Below are positions 43,014-54,017 of a stretch of 64,000 nucleotides of DNA, piece by piece. Below the pieces are notes generated by a model, which saw nothing but the letters and a program-made list of their open reading frames with translations, searched no databases and was not told where the DNA came from. Made by a program: the position numbers and the translations under genes. This stretch comes from Escherichia phage 235Ecol030PP. The DNA is taken from sequence record PP355091.1; one strand, given 5' to 3'. Position 1 is the stretch's first letter; each line of letters starts with the position of its first letter.

Positions 43014-43021
43014 CTATTTAT
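43014..43021 (-). promoter_or_regulatory. Late promoter TATAAATA (- strand) upstream of gene 32
   Basis: + strand tatttata just upstream of the operator. Confidence 0.45.
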
Positions 43022-43030
43022 AATAAGCAA

Positions 43031-43684
43031 TTAATACTTGCAAGATTTCACAGTTTCAATGAAAACATTTTTAGCTTTCTGTGAATCAATATTTAAAATT
43101 TTTCTATAAGCCTTTAACTTTATAGAATAATTATTCCAGACTAAATTATCAGTCTGTTCATCATGTTTATCAATTATATTTAAAAACGAATCAAGCAAGA
43201 TAAACGTCTCAAACGAAATTATATTCGATTGTAGAAGTTTAAAAATATAACTTGACTGAACTTTTGGATTATATTCAAAAATTTCTTTAAAAGCAGAAAC
43301 TTCAACTTTTTTACTAAAATAGTAAATATTGCGAATATCTTCTTCAAACTTAAATTTAATTTGCTTTAAGCGTCCGATATATTCACGATAAAACACAAGT
43401 GCATCAGCGTCAGAGATGTCACCAATCCAAGCATCTTGGTTAGCAACAAGATTGCTTATAAAGATTAAAGCAAGTTCCTTTAATTTATATTTTTCTGATA
43501 ACTTCTGGAAAAAATACTTATCCCTTCGCTTTTGATAAGCGGCATCAGACACCCGCATGCACCAATTATACTTAATAACATCATACTTTCCATTCATATG
43601 CTGTTTTATCATTAAGTATAATTTATAAACTGATTTACCATCAATGTATCTTTCACCACCAGCAGGCATGCGGAGTTTAATCAT
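43031..43684 (-). CDS. 59: Helicase loader gp59
   Basis: 217 aa, T4 length; directly follows gene 33. Confidence 0.85.
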   Translation of the reverse strand: MIKLRMPAGGERYIDGKSVYKLYLMIKQHMNGKYDVIKYNWCMRVSDAAYQKRRDKYFFQKLSEKYKLKELALIFISNLVANQDAWIGDISDADALVFYREYIGRLKQIKFKFEEDIRNIYYFSKKVEVSAFKEIFEYNPKVQSSYIFKLLQSNIISFETFILLDSFLNIIDKHDEQTDNLVWNNYSIKLKAYRKILNIDSQKAKNVFIETVKSCKY

Positions 43685-44019
43685 AGTAGAAAATCTAATG
43701 TATTAGTTTTTTCACAACGAACAACAGAAGGACGTAAAAGATTTTCGTCAATAGCTTCTGACTGAATTTTTTCAATTATACCCGAAGGAATAAATTTAGC
43801 AAATTGAGTTTCAGGAATAGAGTTTTCTTCCAAGAATGCTGTCGTAGCTTCAAGATAACTCATTCCAAACTCTTCTACCATTTTTTCAATAATAAATCCG
43901 TTTTCTTGACGGTCAAGAAGCTTTGCTATTTCATCCTTTTCTTTCTTGATTGAAAGTTCTTTTTCTGAAAGACCGGTCTCATCGACCGGACGAATATCAT
44001 TTAGAGAAAACTGTGTCAT
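43681..44019 (-). CDS. 33: Late transcription co-activator gp33
   Basis: 112 aa from ATG 44019; ORF-track start is TTG. Confidence 0.8.
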   Translation of the reverse strand: MTQFSLNDIRPVDETGLSEKELSIKKEKDEIAKLLDRQENGFIIEKMVEEFGMSYLEATTAFLEENSIPETQFAKFIPSGIIEKIQSEAIDENLLRPSVVRCEKTNTLDFLL

Positions 44020-44266
44020 AAAGTTCAACTACCTCTTCAGTTTCAGCTTCAAACACATCACGGTTATCTTTATGATACAAAGCTAATAGACGATTAAACA
44101 TCTTACCATCAACGCCAAGTTCATCTTTGGCACGAATTCGAATATCTTTAATCAGTTCATTATAACCGGAAATTTTCAGTTTATGATCAGATGCTTCTTT
44201 AATAAATTTAGCCAAGTCTTCGCCATGGATAGCTTCATCAAATTCAACCATTTCTTTTTTAGCCAT
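43997..44266 (-). CDS. dsbA: dsDNA-binding protein DsbA (late transcription enhancer)
   Basis: 89 aa, T4 length and position. Confidence 0.7.
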   Translation of the reverse strand: MAKKEMVEFDEAIHGEDLAKFIKEASDHKLKISGYNELIKDIRIRAKDELGVDGKMFNRLLALYHKDNRDVFEAETEEVVELYDTVFSK

Positions 44267-44274
44267 TATTCACC

Positions 44275-45192
44275 TCAAAATTCATTAATGCTATTAGTTA
44301 ATTTAGAAAGACCCGCTTTTACAAAATATGAATAAATTTTGCCACGCGGTGGTAATTTATATGAATTATAGTAATTCACAATGTTTGAAGCAATATTATC
44401 AGGAATATAATCAAAATCAATTAGAACTAAATTTTCTTTATAACGATTATATTCAGATTCAGTGAGAAGCACCTTAGCTTGCTCACGATCATTAGCAATA
44501 GCTTCAACGATTGAAGTTTTCATTGAAGGAGTTCGTTCACCTTCAACTCTGGTAAACCAAAAGTCAGATCGTACTTTAACTGAAGCAACGTTATCCTTTT
44601 TGTCGCCTTTAAGGATTTTAGTCATACAGTCAATTTCAGCAGAACCGCTTTTAATTTTAACCCATTTCTTATGCATCGGTGACCATTGCTTAACATTTGG
44701 ATATTTGTGAAGCTGTGTAAAGTCACCATCCGATGAAATGATTAAAATCTTGTGTCCTTCTAAAGAGAACTTTTTAACAAGAACAGCAATGTGGTCATCT
44801 GCTTCATACTTATCAATATCCATAACAATGTATGGCATATAAGCTTTCAATTCATCTATAACTTTATGGCTGGATTCAAAATAACCTTCCCAGTCCCAAG
44901 TAGATTCTTCTCGTGCTTTTCCACGGTTTTTCTTGTAATAGTAAGCAAAATCACGACGCCAATATCCAGATTTCGCGTTATCAATACACAGCACAATTTT
45001 AGTGTATCCAAGCGTTTTTGCTTTTTTGACATTAAACTTAATTGAGTTCAATATCAAATGACGAACCATTGATAAATTAATTTTTTCTTTATCCGGGAAG
45101 TTTACTAGAGCAGTTGAAAGCGCAATTTGACTAAAGTCAATTAAGCAGATTCCTTCTTTGTAATCTTCATCCAACATCATTTCTAAATCCAT
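44275..45192 (-). CDS. rnh: RNase H (5'-3' exonuclease / flap endonuclease)
   Basis: 305 aa from ATG 45192 with GAGG Shine-Dalgarno. Confidence 0.85.
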   Translation of the reverse strand: MDLEMMLDEDYKEGICLIDFSQIALSTALVNFPDKEKINLSMVRHLILNSIKFNVKKAKTLGYTKIVLCIDNAKSGYWRRDFAYYYKKNRGKAREESTWDWEGYFESSHKVIDELKAYMPYIVMDIDKYEADDHIAVLVKKFSLEGHKILIISSDGDFTQLHKYPNVKQWSPMHKKWVKIKSGSAEIDCMTKILKGDKKDNVASVKVRSDFWFTRVEGERTPSMKTSIVEAIANDREQAKVLLTESEYNRYKENLVLIDFDYIPDNIASNIVNYYNSYKLPPRGKIYSYFVKAGLSKLTNSINEF

Positions 45193-45254
45193 ATGAACCT
45201 CGTTCAATTAGTGAGATTTCTATTATATACTATCTAAATCTTAAAGTAAACAGG

Positions 45255-45262
45255 TATAAATA
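45255..45262 (+). promoter_or_regulatory. Late promoter TATAAATA for gene 34
   Basis: Exact TATAAATA 35 nt upstream of the gp34 ATG. Confidence 0.6.
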
Positions 45263-45296
45263 CTTATTATTGAAAACACAATAGGAGCCCGGGAGA

Positions 45297-48200
45297 ATGG
45301 CCGAGATTAAAAGAAAGTTCAGAGCAGAAGATGGTCTGGACGCAGGTGGCGATAAAATAATCAACGTAGCTTTAGCTGATCGTACCGTAGGAACTGACGG
45401 TGTTAACGTTGATTACTTAATTCAAGAAAACACAGTTCAACAATATGATCCAACTCGTGGATATTTAAAAGATTTTGTAATCATTTATAATAATCGTTTT
45501 TGGGCAGCAACGGATGATATTCCAAAACCTGCTGGAAATTTTAATAGAATTCGTTGGAAAGCATTACGTACTGATGCTGTATATACAACCGTATCATCTG
45601 GACCATATCAATTAAAATCCGGAGAAGCAATTTCAGTAGATACATCAGTTGGCAATGACATTGAGTTTACTTTACCACCTTCTCCGCTTGATGGAGAAAC
45701 CGTAATAATTCAAGATATCGGTGGAAAACCTGGCATAAATCAGGTTAAAATAAATTCTTCAAATCAGAGTATTGTCAATTTTAGAGGTGAACAGGTACGT
45801 TCAGTTTTAATGACTCATCCAAAGTCACAGATGGTATTCATTTTTAATAATCGTTTGTGGCAAATGTATGTTGCTGATTATAGCAGAGAAGCTGCGATTG
45901 TTACTCCATCGACTGCATATCAAGCACAATCTAATGATTTTATCGTGCGTAGATTTACTTCCGCTGCGCCGATTAATGTTAAGCTTCCAAGATTTGCTAA
46001 TCATGGCGATATTATTAATTTCGTCGATTTAGATAAATTAAATCCACTTTATCATACAATTGTCACGACATATGATGAAACGACGTCAGTGCAAGAAGTT
46101 GGAACTCATTCCATTGAAGGCCGTACAACGATTGACGGTTTCTTGATGTTTGATGATAATGAGAAATTGTGGAGATTGTTTGACGGGGATAGTAAAGCAC
46201 GTTTACGTATTATAACAACTAATTCTAATATTCGTCCAAATGAAGAAGTCATGGTGTTTGGTGCGAATAATGGAACACCCCAAACAATTGAACTTCAGCT
46301 TCCGACTGATATTTCTGTTGGTGATACTGTCAAAATTTCCATGAATTACATGAGAAAAGGACAAACAGTTAAAATCAAAGCTGCAGGTGAAGATAAAATT
46401 GCTTCTTCAGTTCAATTGCTGCAATTCCCAAAACGTTCAGAATATCCGCCTGAAGCTGAATGGGTAAAAGTTCAAGAATTAGTTTTTAATGGTGAAACTA
46501 ATTATGTTCCAGTTTTGGAGCTTGCTTATATTGAAGATTCTGATGGAAAATATTGGGTTGTACAGCAAAACGTTCCAACTGTAGAAAGAGTAGATTCTTT
46601 AAATGATTCTACTAGAGCAAGATTAGGCGTAATTGCTTTAGCTACACAAGCTCAAGCTAATGTCGATTTAGAAAATTCTCCACAAAAAGAATTAGCAATT
46701 ACTCCAGAAACGTTAGCTAATCGTACTGCTACTGAAACTCGTAGAGGTATTGCAAGAATAGCAACTACTGCTCAAGTGAATCAGAACACCACATTCTCTT
46801 TTGCTGATGATATTATCATTACTCCTAAAAAGCTGAATGAAAGAACTGCTACAGAAACTCGTAGAGGTGTTGCTGAAATTGCTACGCAGCAAGAAACTAA
46901 TGCAGGTACTGATGATACTACAATCATTACTCCTAAAAAGCTTCAAGCTCGTCAAGGTTCTGAATCATTATCTGGTATTGTAACTTTTGTATCTACTGCA
47001 GGTGCTACTCCAGCTTCTAGTCGTGAATTAAATGGTACAAATGTTTATAATAAAAACACTAATAATTTAGTTGTTTCGCCTAAAGCTTTGGATCAGTATA
47101 AAGCTACGCCTACTCAACAGGGTGCAGTAATTTTAGCAGTTGAAAGTGAAGTAATTGCTGGACAAAGTCAGCAAGGATGGGCAAATGCTGTTGTAACGCC
47201 AGAAACGTTACATAAAAAGACATCAACTGATGCAAGAATTGGTTTAATTGAAATTGCTACACAAAGTGAAGTTAATACAGGAACTGACTATACTCGTGCA
47301 GTCACTCCTAAAACTTTAAATGACCGTAGAGCAACTGAAAGTTTAAGTGGTATAGCTGAAATTGCTACACAAGTTGAATTCGACGCAGGCGTCGACGATA
47401 CTCGTATCTCTACACCATTAAAAATTAAAACTAGATTTAATAGTACTGATCGTACTTCTGTTGTTGCTCTATCTGGATTAGTTGAATCAGGAACTCTCTG
47501 GGACCATTATACCCTTAATATTCTTGAAGCAAATGAGACACAGCGTGGTACACTTCGTGTAGCTACACAAGTTGAAGCTGCTGCAGGAAAATTAGATAAT
47601 GTTTTAATAACTCCTAAAAAGCTTTTAGGTACTAAATCTACTGAAGCACAAGAAGGTGTTATTAAAGTTGCAACTCGGTCTGAAACTGTAACTGGAACGT
47701 CAGCAAATACTGCTGTATCTCCAAAAAATTTAAAATGGATTGTGCAGAGTGAACCTACTTGGGCAGCTACTACTGCGATAAGAGGTTTTGTTAAAACCTC
47801 ATCTGGTTCAATTACGTTCGTTGGTAATGATACGGTAGGTTCAACACAGCCATTAGAATCATATGAGAAAAATGGTTATGCAGTATCACCATATGAATTA
47901 AATCGCGTATTAGCAAATTATTTGCCATTAAAAGCAAAAGCTGTAGATAGTAATTTATTAGATGGTCTAGATTCGCTCCAGTTCATTCGTAGGGACATTG
48001 CACAAACAGTTAATGGTTCACTAACCTTAACCCAACAAACGAATCTGAGTGCCCCTCTTGTATCATCTAGTACTGCTGCATTCGGTGGATCAGTTTCAGC
48101 AAATAGTACATTAACTATTTCTAATACTGGAACGGCAACTCGTCTGATTTTTGAGAAAGGACCTCAAACTGGAACAAACCCAGCTCAAACGATGACAGTC

Positions 48201-49166
48201 AGAGTGTGGGGAAATCAATTTAGTGGGGAATCAGACACAACACGTTCTACCGTATTTGAAGTTAGTGATGAAACGTCTAGTCATTTTTATTCTCAGCGTA
48301 ATAAAGCTGGAAATATAACATTTAATATTAACGGTACAGTAACACCGATAAATGTTAATGCTTCAGGAACATTGAATGCAAATGGTGTAGCAACATTTGG
48401 TAATTCAGTCACTGCAACTGGTGAAATTATTTCTCGAAGCGCAAATGCTTTCCGTGCTATTAACGGAAATTATGGATTCTTTATTCGTAACGCTGGTAAT
48501 GACACCTATTTTATGCTCACTGCAGCCGGTGATCAGAGCGGTGGATTTAATGGATTACGCCCTTTAGCTATTAATAATCAGTCCGGTCAAGTAACGATTG
48601 GTGAAAGCTTAATCATTGCAAAAGGTGCTACTATAAGTTCGGGTGGTTTGACTGTTAACTCGAGAATTCGTTCTCAGGGTACTAAAACCTCTGATTTATA
48701 TACCCGTGCGCCAACATCTGATACTGTAGGATTCTGGTCAATTGATATTAACGATTCAGCCACTTATAATCAATTCCCTGGTTATTTTAAAATGGTTGAA
48801 AAAACTAATGAAGTGACTGGACTTCCATATTTAGAACGTGGTGAAGAAGTTAAATCTCCTGGTACATTGACTCAGTTTGGTAACACACTTGATTCTCTTT
48901 ACCAAGATTGGATTACTTATCCAACAACTCCAGAAGCGCGTACAACTCGTTGGACGCGTACATGGCAGAAAACTAAAAATTCTTGGTCAAGTTTTGTTCA
49001 GGTATTTGATGGAGGTAACCCTCCTCAACCTTCGGATATAGGAGCAATCCCATCTGATAATGGAATAATAGGTAATCTTACTATTCGTGATTTCTTACGA
49101 ATTGGTAATGTTCGCATTATTCCTGACCCAGTGAATAAAACTGTTAAATTTGAATGGGTTGAATAA
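45297..49166 (+). CDS. 34: Long tail fibre proximal subunit gp34
   Basis: 1289 aa, T4 length. Confidence 0.9.
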   Translation: MAEIKRKFRAEDGLDAGGDKIINVALADRTVGTDGVNVDYLIQENTVQQYDPTRGYLKDFVIIYNNRFWAATDDIPKPAGNFNRIRWKALRTDAVYTTVSSGPYQLKSGEAISVDTSVGNDIEFTLPPSPLDGETVIIQDIGGKPGINQVKINSSNQSIVNFRGEQVRSVLMTHPKSQMVFIFNNRLWQMYVADYSREAAIVTPSTAYQAQSNDFIVRRFTSAAPINVKLPRFANHGDIINFVDLDKLNPLYHTIVTTYDETTSVQEVGTHSIEGRTTIDGFLMFDDNEKLWRLFDGDSKARLRIITTNSNIRPNEEVMVFGANNGTPQTIELQLPTDISVGDTVKISMNYMRKGQTVKIKAAGEDKIASSVQLLQFPKRSEYPPEAEWVKVQELVFNGETNYVPVLELAYIEDSDGKYWVVQQNVPTVERVDSLNDSTRARLGVIALATQAQANVDLENSPQKELAITPETLANRTATETRRGIARIATTAQVNQNTTFSFADDIIITPKKLNERTATETRRGVAEIATQQETNAGTDDTTIITPKKLQARQGSESLSGIVTFVSTAGATPASSRELNGTNVYNKNTNNLVVSPKALDQYKATPTQQGAVILAVESEVIAGQSQQGWANAVVTPETLHKKTSTDARIGLIEIATQSEVNTGTDYTRAVTPKTLNDRRATESLSGIAEIATQVEFDAGVDDTRISTPLKIKTRFNSTDRTSVVALSGLVESGTLWDHYTLNILEANETQRGTLRVATQVEAAAGKLDNVLITPKKLLGTKSTEAQEGVIKVATRSETVTGTSANTAVSPKNLKWIVQSEPTWAATTAIRGFVKTSSGSITFVGNDTVGSTQPLESYEKNGYAVSPYELNRVLANYLPLKAKAVDSNLLDGLDSLQFIRRDIAQTVNGSLTLTQQTNLSAPLVSSSTAAFGGSVSANSTLTISNTGTATRLIFEKGPQTGTNPAQTMTVRVWGNQFSGESDTTRSTVFEVSDETSSHFYSQRNKAGNITFNINGTVTPINVNASGTLNANGVATFGNSVTATGEIISRSANAFRAINGNYGFFIRNAGNDTYFMLTAAGDQSGGFNGLRPLAINNQSGQVTIGESLIIAKGATISSGGLTVNSRIRSQGTKTSDLYTRAPTSDTVGFWSIDINDSATYNQFPGYFKMVEKTNEVTGLPYLERGEEVKSPGTLTQFGNTLDSLYQDWITYPTTPEARTTRWTRTWQKTKNSWSSFVQVFDGGNPPQPSDIGAIPSDNGIIGNLTIRDFLRIGNVRIIPDPVNKTVKFEWVE
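46690..47750 (+). repeat. Internal ~40 aa coding repeats in gp34
   Basis: Recurring ITPKKL...ATE(T/S)..G..(E)IAT(Q)...G units, about 8 copies. Confidence 0.7.
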
Positions 49167-49174
49167 GAGGTATT

Positions 49175-50290
49175 ATGGAAAAATTTATGGCAGAGTTTGG
49201 ACAAGGATATGTCCAAACGCCATTTTTATCGGAAAGCAATTCAGTAAGATATAAAATAAGCATAGCGGGTTCTTGCCCGCTTTCTACAGCAGGTCCATAT
49301 GTTAAATTTCAGGATAATCCTGTCGGAAGTCAAACATTTAGTGCAGGTCTTCATTTAAGAGTTTTTGATCCTTCTACGGGAGCATTAGTTGATAGTAAGT
49401 CATATGCTTTTTCTACTTCAAACAATACAACATCTGCCGCTTTTGTCAGTTTCATGAATTCTTTGTCAAACAATAGACTTGTTGCTATATTAACTAGCGG
49501 AAAGGTTAATTTTCCTCCTGAAGTGGTATCTTGGTTAAGGGGAGCAGGAACTTCAGTTTTTCCATCAGATTCAGTATTGTCAAGATTTGACGTGTCATAT
49601 GCTGCTTTTTATACTTCTTCTAAAAGAGCTATTGCATTAGAGCATGTTAAACTAAGTAATAGAAAAAGCACAGATGATTATCAAACTATTTTAGATGTTG
49701 TATTTGATAGTTTAGAAGACGTCGGAGCTACGGGATTTCCTAAAAGAACATATGAAAGTGTCGAGCAATTTATGTCTGCGGTTGGAGGAACTAATAATGA
49801 AATTGCGCGATTGCCAACTTCAGCTGCGATAAGTAAATTATCTGATTATAATTTAATTCCTGGAGATGTTCTTTATCTTAAAACACAGCTATACGCCGAT
49901 GCCGATTTACTTGCTCTTGGAACTACAAATATATCTATCCGTTTTTATAATGAATCGAATGGATATATTTCCTCGACACAAGCTGAATTTACCGGGCAAG
50001 CTGGGTCATGGGAATTAAAGGAAGATTATGTAGTTGTTCCTGAAAATGCAGTAGGATTTACGATATATGCACAAAGAACTGTCCAAGCAGGTCAAGGCGG
50101 CATGAGAAATTTAAGCTTTTCTGAAGTATCAAGAAATGGCGGCATTTCAAAACCTGCAGAATTTGGCGTCAACGGTATTCGCGTTAATTATGTCTGCGAA
50201 TCGGCTTCACCTCCAGATATAATGGTACTTCCTACACAAGCCTCTTCTAAAACTGGCAAAGTGTTTGGGCAAGAATTTAGAGAAGTTTAA
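49175..50290 (+). CDS. 35: Long tail fibre hinge protein gp35
   Basis: 371 aa (T4 372 aa). Confidence 0.85.
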   Translation: MEKFMAEFGQGYVQTPFLSESNSVRYKISIAGSCPLSTAGPYVKFQDNPVGSQTFSAGLHLRVFDPSTGALVDSKSYAFSTSNNTTSAAFVSFMNSLSNNRLVAILTSGKVNFPPEVVSWLRGAGTSVFPSDSVLSRFDVSYAAFYTSSKRAIALEHVKLSNRKSTDDYQTILDVVFDSLEDVGATGFPKRTYESVEQFMSAVGGTNNEIARLPTSAAISKLSDYNLIPGDVLYLKTQLYADADLLALGTTNISIRFYNESNGYISSTQAEFTGQAGSWELKEDYVVVPENAVGFTIYAQRTVQAGQGGMRNLSFSEVSRNGGISKPAEFGVNGIRVNYVCESASPPDIMVLPTQASSKTGKVFGQEFREV

Positions 50291-50295
50291 ACTGA

Positions 50296-50321
50296 GGGAG
50301 CCTTCGGGTTCCCTTTTTCTT
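50296..50321 (+). terminator. Intrinsic terminator after gene 35
   Basis: gggagcc-ttcg-ggttccc then tttttcttt. Confidence 0.65.
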
Positions 50322-50322
50322 T

Positions 50323-50330
50323 ATAAATAA
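50323..50330 (+). promoter_or_regulatory. Late promoter TATAAATA for gene 36
   Basis: Exact TATAAATA 23 nt upstream of the gp36 ATG. Confidence 0.6.
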
Positions 50331-50352
50331 TATTAAAATAAAGGGGCATACA

Positions 50353-51003
50353 ATGGCTGATTTAAAAGTAGGTTCAACTGTAGGTGGATCTGTCATTTGG
50401 CATCAAGGAAATTTTCCATTGAATTCAGCCGGTGACGATGTACTCTACAAATCATTTAAAATATATTCAGAATATAATAAACCACAGGCAGCTGATAACG
50501 ATTTCGTTTCTAAAGCTAATGGTGGTACTTACGCCGGTCCAATTACTATTAATTACGGGGTAAATAGTTATCTTCAATTAAGTAATAATGAAACCCCTAT
50601 TCGAATTCGTTCTGGTGGCGGTACCGGTAATACTCTTGTAGTTGGCGGCTCTTCCGGCGGTATTAGTTTTAGACCTGCAGGTAGTGAAATCACTACTGGA
50701 CAAATTACGATTACGCCAGAAGGTTTGACAACATTTACCAAAGCTGTAACGGCTCCATCTGTAACTGTTACATCTACTCCTTCCGCAGCATCTGATGTTA
50801 CTCGTAAAGATTATGTTGATGGAGCAATAAATACTGTTACGGCAAATGCGAATTCTAGAGTTTTGCGTAAAGGTGACACCATGACAGGTAATTTAACAGC
50901 GCCAAACTTTTTCTCGCAGAATCCTGCATCTCAACCTTCACACGTTCCACGATTTGACCAAATCGTAATTAAGGATTCTGTTCAAGATTTCGGCTATTAT
51001 TAA
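50353..51003 (+). CDS. 36: Long tail fibre distal connector gp36
   Basis: 216 aa; position. Confidence 0.85.
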   Translation: MADLKVGSTVGGSVIWHQGNFPLNSAGDDVLYKSFKIYSEYNKPQAADNDFVSKANGGTYAGPITINYGVNSYLQLSNNETPIRIRSGGGTGNTLVVGGSSGGISFRPAGSEITTGQITITPEGLTTFTKAVTAPSVTVTSTPSAASDVTRKDYVDGAINTVTANANSRVLRKGDTMTGNLTAPNFFSQNPASQPSHVPRFDQIVIKDSVQDFGYY

Positions 51004-51011
51004 GAGGACTT

Positions 51012-53981
51012 ATGGCTACTTTAAAACAAATACAATTTAAAAGAAGCAAAACTGCAGGTCAACGTCCTGCTGCTTCAGTATTAGCCGAAGGTGAATTGGC
51101 TATAAACTTAAAAGATAAAACAATTTTCACAAAAGATGACTCAGGTAGTGTTATAGAATTAGGTTTAAAATATGGAGGAACAATTGATGGTTCTTTAACT
51201 GTTAATGGAAACATAATTGGAAATTTAACAGGTAACGCTGCAACCGCAACGAAATTAAAAACAGCACGAAAGATTAATGGTATATCTTTTGATGGGTCAA
51301 AGGACATTACCCTAACTCCATCTGACATAAATGTCAATAGCACAACATTTATAAAAAATAATGGCGAATTACCTACTGATGCTAATTTAGATACGTATGG
51401 GCCCATTGAAGAATATCTTGGTGTTTGGTCGAAATCTACTTCAACAAATGCGCAACCAGCAAATAAATTCCCAGAAGAAAATGCCGTAGGTGTACTAGAA
51501 GTATTTGTGGCCGGCCAATTTGCTGGCACTCAGCGTTATACTGTTCGGTCTGGTAACGTTTATATCCGTTCTTTATCTGCGAAATGGAATGGCGTAGATG
51601 GTCCATGGGGTCCGTGGCGCAATATTCAAACTGGCACACGTCCACTATCAACTACACTAGACTTGAATACTTTAGGTGATGCTTCTCATTTTGGGTTATG
51701 GCGAAATAGTTCAAGTTCCATTGCATCATTTTCTCGAAATTACCCAGAAGAAGGTGGTCTCGCGCAAGGTCTTTTAGAAGTTTATGAAGGTGGTAACTAT
51801 TCTCGCACGCAACGTTATACTACCCGAATGGGTGTTGTATATGTTCGTTGTCTTGCTAGTGCATGGGATCCAGAAGCTCCGAATTGGGGACCGTGGCAAC
51901 AAGTAGGTATGGTTACTCCAAACACATTCTATGACGGGGATCTTAATAATTTTCGTTCTCCTGGCTTGTATAACATTTTAGGGACTGATGCCGTTATTAA
52001 CCGTCCAGTTGCAGAAGGTGTTCCGGTTGAGATGACCGGATTGCTTGAGGTTAAACAGCGTGCTTCCGGTGGCGCTATTTTCCAACGTTTCACTACCGCA
52101 GGAACGGGTGCAACTACGCGATCTCGCGTGTTTGAACGTGCAATGACAAATAATATCTGGGGAAATTGGTACGAAGTATATACGTCCTATTCTATGCCAA
52201 TTACTTTGGGTATGGGTGGTATTAAAACTCAATTAGCGGAGCTAGATTGGCAAACATTTGATTTTGTTCCTGGTAGTATGTTTAGCGTTCCTTTGAACAA
52301 AATAAAGAACATGCCAGCAAATATGAATTGGGGCACGATTGACGGAAACTTGATTATGTTTTCTGTCGGTCCTAGCGAACACACCAGCACAGGACGTACT
52401 GTTCAGGTTTGGCGTGGTACTGTATCCCAGACAAACTACCGTTATTTTGTCGTTCGTGTGTTCGGTAATTCTGGAAATAGAACTTGCACAGTTCGTCGTG
52501 TTGTTCTTGAAGATGGTCGCCACACATGGACAGCTCAACAAGATTTTAATGGTGCTGTTAACTTTGGTAGTTCAACAACGTTTAAATCAACTACAACATT
52601 TAATACAGAAGTTAAATTCCGCTCATCTAATGCTTTCCGTATGACCGCTGGTAATTATGATGTTATTTGGCGTAATGATGGTGGCAGTTTTTATCTACTT
52701 TCTACTGACGAGAATGATAAAGATGGGCAGTGGAACACCAATCGACCTATCACTTATGGATTGAGTTCTGGTACTCTTAACTTAGGTGGTAAAAGTAGCG
52801 GAAATGCTCTTGCATTAGAACGAGATTCGCTTGCCGCGCATTTTAGTGGTGATGTTAATATTAAAGTTGGTTATTTAACCTTTAATTCTGGGCGATTAAA
52901 TTCTCGCGATTACTTCCGGTTTAACCATTGGGGTGATAGCAATAACGCTCGTGATAACATTATTCAGTTAGAAGATAGCAAAGGCGCTCATTTTTCCACT
53001 GAACGTACTTTAGCGACTGGTGCAATTAAAACTAAATTCTTTGGTGAAGTTGAATCAACTGGTCGATTGACTATTAAACGTCCGGGTGATGCTATTGTAT
53101 TATCGACTACAGCCAGCAACGCTTTGCATATTCGTGGTGACGTAGACGGGACTGGTAACTGGTATATTGGCAAGGGTGGTGCTGATAATGGATTAGCGTT
53201 CTATAGTTATGCTACTAATGCTGGTGTATACATTACAAACGGAGGGGATATCGCGCTAAGTCCAAAAGGCGTCGAAATGGCTCATGTCAATAACGTTCGA
53301 TTCTATGTTCATGGTGAACGTTGGACCGCTAGTCAGCCAGGTGATTGGGGTAGTCAGTGGCAAGTGGAAGCGCCAATATTCGTCGATCATGGTTATGTTT
53401 CACCTGATTGTTATTATCCAATTATTAAAGGAAGAAGTTTAATCACCAATCAAGGGTATAGCACCGCTGTTGACTTTGGTCTTCGTCGTGTCCCTAACAA
53501 TTGGGGACAAGCAATCATTCGCGTTGGATCTGCGGAGAACTCGCCAGCGGCTGGTCATCCTCAAGCTGTATTCGAGTTCCATCATGATGGTACTTTCTAT
53601 TCTCCTGGTAATGGTAACTTTAACGATGTGTATATTCGTTCCGATGGTCGTCTTAAGATTAATAAAAAAGAGCTAGAAAACGGAGCACTTGAAAAAGTAT
53701 GCCGACTGAAAGTTTATACATACGATAAGGTTAAGTCTATTAAAGACCGTAGTGTTATTAAACGTGAAGCTGGTATTATTGCTCAGGATCTTGAAAAAGA
53801 GCTACCAGAAGCTGTATCTAAAGTTGAAGTTGATGGATCTGATGTTCTGACAATTTCTAACTCGGCAGTGAATGCTCTTTTAATTAAGGCTATTCAGGAA
53901 ATGAGTGAAGAAATTAAAGAATTGAAAACTCCTTTCTTTACTAAAATTGCTCGCAAAATTAGTAAATATTTTAAATTCTAA
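51012..53981 (+). CDS. 37: Long tail fibre distal subunit gp37 with C-terminal intramolecular-chaperone (S74-like) domain
   Basis: 989 aa; C-terminal about 112 aa begin at ...[21 protein letters not shown]..., an SD.RLK-type autoproteolytic motif. Confidence 0.85.
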   Translation: MATLKQIQFKRSKTAGQRPAASVLAEGELAINLKDKTIFTKDDSGSVIELGLKYGGTIDGSLTVNGNIIGNLTGNAATATKLKTARKINGISFDGSKDITLTPSDINVNSTTFIKNNGELPTDANLDTYGPIEEYLGVWSKSTSTNAQPANKFPEENAVGVLEVFVAGQFAGTQRYTVRSGNVYIRSLSAKWNGVDGPWGPWRNIQTGTRPLSTTLDLNTLGDASHFGLWRNSSSSIASFSRNYPEEGGLAQGLLEVYEGGNYSRTQRYTTRMGVVYVRCLASAWDPEAPNWGPWQQVGMVTPNTFYDGDLNNFRSPGLYNILGTDAVINRPVAEGVPVEMTGLLEVKQRASGGAIFQRFTTAGTGATTRSRVFERAMTNNIWGNWYEVYTSYSMPITLGMGGIKTQLAELDWQTFDFVPGSMFSVPLNKIKNMPANMNWGTIDGNLIMFSVGPSEHTSTGRTVQVWRGTVSQTNYRYFVVRVFGNSGNRTCTVRRVVLEDGRHTWTAQQDFNGAVNFGSSTTFKSTTTFNTEVKFRSSNAFRMTAGNYDVIWRNDGGSFYLLSTDENDKDGQWNTNRPITYGLSSGTLNLGGKSSGNALALERDSLAAHFSGDVNIKVGYLTFNSGRLNSRDYFRFNHWGDSNNARDNIIQLEDSKGAHFSTERTLATGAIKTKFFGEVESTGRLTIKRPGDAIVLSTTASNALHIRGDVDGTGNWYIGKGGADNGLAFYSYATNAGVYITNGGDIALSPKGVEMAHVNNVRFYVHGERWTASQPGDWGSQWQVEAPIFVDHGYVSPDCYYPIIKGRSLITNQGYSTAVDFGLRRVPNNWGQAIIRVGSAENSPAAGHPQAVFEFHHDGTFYSPGNGNFNDVYIRSDGRLKINKKELENGALEKVCRLKVYTYDKVKSIKDRSVIKREAGIIAQDLEKELPEAVSKVEVDGSDVLTISNSAVNALLIKAIQEMSEEIKELKTPFFTKIARKISKYFKF

Positions 53982-53987
53982 CAACAA

Positions 53988-54005
53988 GGGGGAAATGCCC
54001 CCTTT
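53988..54005 (+). other. Stem-loop between genes 37 and 38
   Basis: ggggg-aaat-gccccc then ttt. Confidence 0.4.
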
Positions 54006-54017
54006 GGAGTATAAATT

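Noticed and set aside
46713-46955. 80 aa antisense ORF within gene 34 repeats
   Set aside because: Falls in the repetitive coding region of gp34; low-complexity Ser/Cys-rich translation typical of antisense repeat frames.
54010-54017. TATAAATT resembling a late promoter just before gene 38
   Set aside because: It abuts the gp38 ATG directly, leaving no room for a leader or Shine-Dalgarno; gene 38 is more likely co-transcribed with gene 37.
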